From contig JBBQRP010000001.1 in NCBI GenBank assembly GCA_038214715.1, positions 131,646 through 195,645 of the forward strand: a stretch of 64,000 nt of DNA, given 5' to 3'. Under the pieces are notes generated by a model that searched no databases, was not told where the DNA came from, and saw only the letters and a list, made by a program, of their open reading frames with translations. The stretch comes from Thermoanaerobaculia bacterium (lineage in GTDB: Bacteria > Acidobacteriota > Thermoanaerobaculia > UBA5066). Both the position numbers and the translations under genes were made by a program. Below, piece after piece: positions 60,903 through 64,000 of the stretch. How positions within the stretch are numbered: the first letter of the stretch is position 1; each line of letters starts with the position of its first letter.

Positions 60903-62989
60903 GGAATCCGTCGCCGCGCGACGAGGATACCCGCCAGAGAGAGAGCAGCGAGCAGGGAGATCACGGAACCGATCTTCACCCACCGCGTGTCGGGCCGCAA
61001 ACGCAGGGAATGGCGTCCGGGTGGGACGTCCACTCCCGCGAACCCGAACGCGAGGCGAAAGGCGCTGACCCTTCGGCCGTCGAGGGTCGCGTCCTCGACG
61101 GCGTCCCGCAGCCGGTAGAGCATGAGGAACCCGTGTTCGGGCCCCGGGACCTCGACTTCGAGAGTGAGAGCCGAAGGGCGGTCCGCAACCGAGAGAATGC
61201 GCCCGACCGAGGGCGCCTCGGAGAGCCCCGGCACCGGCTCGTCGACGTACGCCGTGTCGACGGGAAATCCGTCCTTCAGAAGCCTCCTGAAGACTTCCGG
61301 AGCGTTGTCGGACGCCACGAGGCGCGCCGCGAAACGGTACGGCGGCACCGCATCCACGATCCTTTCGAGCGTCGGACCGAAGCGTCCGTCCGCATCCGGG
61401 GCGGTGCGCACGACCGCCGCGACACCCGCACCCCGGACGAAGAGCCGCGCGAGCGCGGGTGACTCCGGAACGGCTCGGGCGAGCATCCGCTCCCACTCGT
61501 AGGCTTCCATCGGGAGCGAGAGGTCGTAGTCGACCTCGAACTGGTATCCGACGCCGAAGAGGGACGCGTAGGCGGGAAGGAGCGACTGCCGCGCGACGCG
61601 CCCCGACACGGCGAGATCGCGCGTGTCATAGACGGGGACCGGGGCGTACAAATCCTGATAAAAGAGGCGCGGCGGAGGCGCGCCTTCGGGTAGCGGAAGG
61701 AGCGGGGCGAGGAGCGCGGGGGCGCGCTCGAGCACCGCCGCGTCGTCCATCAGAACGAGGCCCCGCGCGATCCCTTCGCGGTCCGCGAGAACCGCAACCG
61801 CGAGAAGAGGCAGCACGATCCTGAGGCCGCGGGGCGAGAGGAAGCGGGTCAGCGCCGACAGGCCGAGTGCGGCGACCCACGCGAAACCGAAGCCGGCGAG
61901 GATCAGGTGCCGCTCGGGGTAACGGATCCAGGAGAGAGGCGGGACGAGCCGCGTCGCGATCCCGAAGGCCGGCGTCGCGTCGCCGAGCGCGAGGAGAACG
62001 CCGAAGAGAACGAGAATCCAGGCCGCGAACCGACCCGGCCCCCTGACGAAGAGGCCCGCGAGGACGAGAAGCCACGCGACGCGGCCCGGCGTCACCGACG
62101 GAAGCCACGGATAGTGCGGAACTCCCGGGGCCCGGGTGGCGACCGTCCAGTCGGCAACGCGGCCGTCCACCGCGAGATCCGGCAGACGCGCCATCTCGAA
62201 CGGGGTGAGTGCGCCCCCCGCGAACGACCGCCCGAGCTCCGGCGAGCGGCTGCTGCGTGCGGCGGCGACGAAACCCGGAACGACGGAGACCGCGGCGAGC
62301 GCGGCGGCCACGAGAGCGCTCGCGAGGAGCGCCCCGACAGGACGGAGCGTCTGGCGGACCCCGCCGCCTTTCTCGCGCGCCACGAAGACGATCGCGATCG
62401 CGAGGAAGGCGGCATAGAGGACGAATTCGGGAGCCGTCGCGAGCAGGATGAACGCCGCGACCACCGCCACGGCCGCCGCCGGCCGAATGCCGGGAGACCG
62501 CACGAGGTCGAACGTGAAAGCGGCGAACCAGGGCAGCAGCGAGAGAGCGGACAGCGTGGGCGGAAACGGGGCGACGGAAACTGCGATTCCGCCCAGGGTG
62601 AAGACGAGGCCCGCGACGGCGGCGGCCTCGCGGGACAGTCCGAGGCGGCGCGAGAACGCCGCGAAACCGGCGAGTGCGAGAGCGAGATGGAGGACGATCC
62701 ACGCCTTCATCGCGGCTCCGAGCGGAAGGATCAGGAAAAGAGCGTTCGCGGGGTCGAACGGAGCGGCCGAGGGACCGCCGAGGAGCGGGGCTCCTCCCCA
62801 CCGGAAGCGGTCGATCCACGGCAGCTCTCCCCGCAGGACCGCCTCGGCGAGGTGAGCCTTCAGAGGATAGAAAAAGAAAGGAAGGTCTCGTCCGACGGGA
62901 ACGCGCGAGCCGAGGAATTCCCGCAACGGAAAGAGCGCGAGGAAAAGCGCGCCGGCGAGAGGAAGCGAGCGGCGGAGCCGGTCGTTCAC
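60899..62989 (-). CDS. YfhO-like polytopic membrane protein (putative GT-C glycosyltransferase), paralog 2
   Basis: N-terminal TM, then GRDLPFFFYPLKAH. More than 12 TM. The C-terminal domain is related to paralogs 1 and 3. ATGA overlap with paralog 3. Confidence 0.7.
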   Translation of the reverse strand: MNDRLRRSLPLAGALFLALFPLREFLGSRVPVGRDLPFFFYPLKAHLAEAVLRGELPWIDRFRWGGAPLLGGPSAAPFDPANALFLILPLGAAMKAWIVLHLALALAGFAAFSRRLGLSREAAAVAGLVFTLGGIAVSVAPFPPTLSALSLLPWFAAFTFDLVRSPGIRPAAAVAVVAAFILLATAPEFVLYAAFLAIAIVFVAREKGGGVRQTLRPVGALLASALVAAALAAVSVVPGFVAAARSSRSPELGRSFAGGALTPFEMARLPDLAVDGRVADWTVATRAPGVPHYPWLPSVTPGRVAWLLVLAGLFVRGPGRFAAWILVLFGVLLALGDATPAFGIATRLVPPLSWIRYPERHLILAGFGFAWVAALGLSALTRFLSPRGLRIVLPLLAVAVLADREGIARGLVLMDDAAVLERAPALLAPLLPLPEGAPPPRLFYQDLYAPVPVYDTRDLAVSGRVARQSLLPAYASLFGVGYQFEVDYDLSLPMEAYEWERMLARAVPESPALARLFVRGAGVAAVVRTAPDADGRFGPTLERIVDAVPPYRFAARLVASDNAPEVFRRLLKDGFPVDTAYVDEPVPGLSEAPSVGRILSVADRPSALTLEVEVPGPEHGFLMLYRLRDAVEDATLDGRRVSAFRLAFGFAGVDVPPGRHSLRLRPDTRWVKIGSVISLLAALSLAGILVARRRIP

Positions 62990-64000
62990 GCGCGCGTCTC
63001 CCGGCGGAACAGGAATCCGAACGCGAGCACCGACGCGAGAGAGAGCGCGCCGCCCGCGAGGAACGCGGGGTTCCGGTAGAAGAAAAGGATCTCGTGGTCA
63101 CCCCGCGGCACGTCGACCGCCATCTGGAATGCGTCCGCGGGACGGACGGGGATCTCCCGTCCGTCGAGGCGGGCGTGCCAGTTCGGATCGAACGTGCGCC
63201 CCACGAAGAGAACGGCCGCGGGGAGATTCACCCGCGCCCGCAGCCTCAGGGCCGAGGAGCGGCGCTCTCCGACGTCGAGCACCCCGGCCCCCGCGGGAAG
63301 AAGGGAAAGCTCGCGGCGCGCACCCAGGAGACGCAGGATCCGGTCACCGCCGGATCGGCCGACCTCGACCGCTCCGGCGGGATCGGGAGCCGGAGCCGGC
63401 GTTCTCACGACGGTCACGCCGAGAACCCGGAGACGCGCGGCCTTTGCGTCTCCCCACGGGAGAGCGGCCAAAGAGCGCGCGAAGCGCACGGAGGGCGCCG
63501 CCGTCATTCGGTCGACGTCGTTCTCCCCTGCGTACCGGAGTCCGAACGCGACGCCGGCCGCCGGATGCAGGGAATCGAATCCTCCGGCCTCGCGGGTGCG
63601 CCGTGCGACCGTCGCGGGGTCGTCCGCACCGTCGTCGTAGAAACGACCGGCCCCGGCCTCGGCGCGCACCAGCGCGACCTCGGGAGTCACGCGCCGATAG
63701 AGATCGGGCGGGCCTGCGGGGCACGTCCCCGCGACGCGCCTCGCCGCATCCGCGAGGAAAAGAAGAGCAAGGATTGCCGCGAAGAGCGAGACGGGCAGCC
63801 GGTTCCGCGAGACGAGCCAGCCGAGTGCGACAACGAGGACGAGAGTCAGACTCCCCAGAAGGAAGAGGGGCCGGAGGAGCGAGGACACGGCCCCCGCCGG
63901 AGTGTCGCCCGCGCCCAGCCCCAGCGCCCACAGACCCCTTCTCAGAGAGTCCTCGGCGCCGATCGAAAGAGCGAGAAGCGCGCCGCAAAGGAGAGCCGTG
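62986..64000 (-). CDS. YfhO-like membrane protein, paralog 3. Only the C-terminal part lies in the window. The frame is open to the window end.
   Basis: Its C-terminus WHARLDGREIPVRPADAFQMAVDVPRGDHEILFFYRNPAF aligns with the paralog 1 C-terminus WEARLDGTRVPLLRADLALSAILLPAGAHRLDLAYRPAAF. No in-frame stop up to 64000. Confidence 0.6.
   Translation of the reverse strand, partial: TALLCGALLALSIGAEDSLRRGLWALGLGAGDTPAGAVSSLLRPLFLLGSLTLVLVVALGWLVSRNRLPVSLFAAILALLFLADAARRVAGTCPAGPPDLYRRVTPEVALVRAEAGAGRFYDDGADDPATVARRTREAGGFDSLHPAAGVAFGLRYAGENDVDRMTAAPSVRFARSLAALPWGDAKAARLRVLGVTVVRTPAPAPDPAGAVEVGRSGGDRILRLLGARRELSLLPAGAGVLDVGERRSSALRLRARVNLPAAVLFVGRTFDPNWHARLDGREIPVRPADAFQMAVDVPRGDHEILFFYRNPAFLAGGALSLASVLAFGFLFRRETRA

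Noticed and set aside
1-64000. Mobile elements, CRISPR arrays, rRNA/tRNA genes, prophage or defence islands
   Set aside because: No transposase, integrase or recombinase-like ORFs. No regularly spaced short repeats. No tRNA T-loop-like GGTTCGAATCC motifs. No phage structural signatures in any frame.

Overview
This is a high-GC (about 70%), densely coding bacterial chromosomal segment with about 50 protein-coding genes. I found no rRNA, tRNA, CRISPR array, transposase or integrase. Many long ORFs in the track are GC-driven artefacts on the opposite strand or composites of two real genes. I resolved these by domain content and by start codons that overlap the upstream stop by 4 nt (ATGA or GTGA), a pattern seen at 13 gene junctions here. 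Contents, in order: (1) A partial type IV pilus locus: two tandem PilT-family ATPases on the plus strand, convergent with a minus-strand operon of two type IVa pilin paralogs, a YfhO-like GT-C membrane protein, a C-terminally extended prepilin peptidase PilD and a sensor histidine kinase. (2) An ATP-grasp protein plus amylomaltase MalQ. (3) Two secreted proteins sharing an unrecognised tandemly duplicated ~230-aa module, one of them fused to a BNR/Asp-box beta-propeller. Around these lie a GNAT, a membrane-anchored Ser/Thr kinase, a CarboxypepD_reg/TonB-dependent-receptor-like outer-membrane protein and an RluA. (4) A 7TMR-DISM GGDEF cyclase, an MFS transporter, an SDR, a VIT-family transporter and 2-oxoacid:ferredoxin oxidoreductase KorAB. 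(5) A minus-strand run of psd, an amino-acid ABC transporter (SBP-permease fusion plus ATPase), an Amidase_3, a MamK-like actin and a SPOR-domain protein, divergent from GTP-dependent PEPCK. (6) A minus-strand run of a COG0523 GTPase, a saccharopine-dehydrogenase-like protein, an orphan FtsX/MacB-type permease, an MscS-cNMP channel, proline iminopeptidase, RidA and a SAM methyltransferase with DUF4214 repeats. (7) SpeA, a class-A beta-lactamase-like gene with a LuxR-type regulator, YqgE, a DedA-rhodanese fusion whose rhodanese active-site loop carries an in-frame TGA followed by a SECIS-like hairpin, and OsmC. (8) A minus-strand envelope operon of YfhO-like x2 (a third is truncated by the window), an M20 peptidase, a small secreted protein, a penicillin-acylase-family protein and an M23 peptidase. 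The most interesting candidates are the amidase / MamK-like actin / SPOR operon, the possible selenocysteine (or nonsense) codon in the DedA-rhodanese fusion, the novel duplicated secreted domain, and the pilin / YfhO-like / extended-PilD / kinase operon. All functional calls rest on motif recognition from the translated sequence. No database searches were run.
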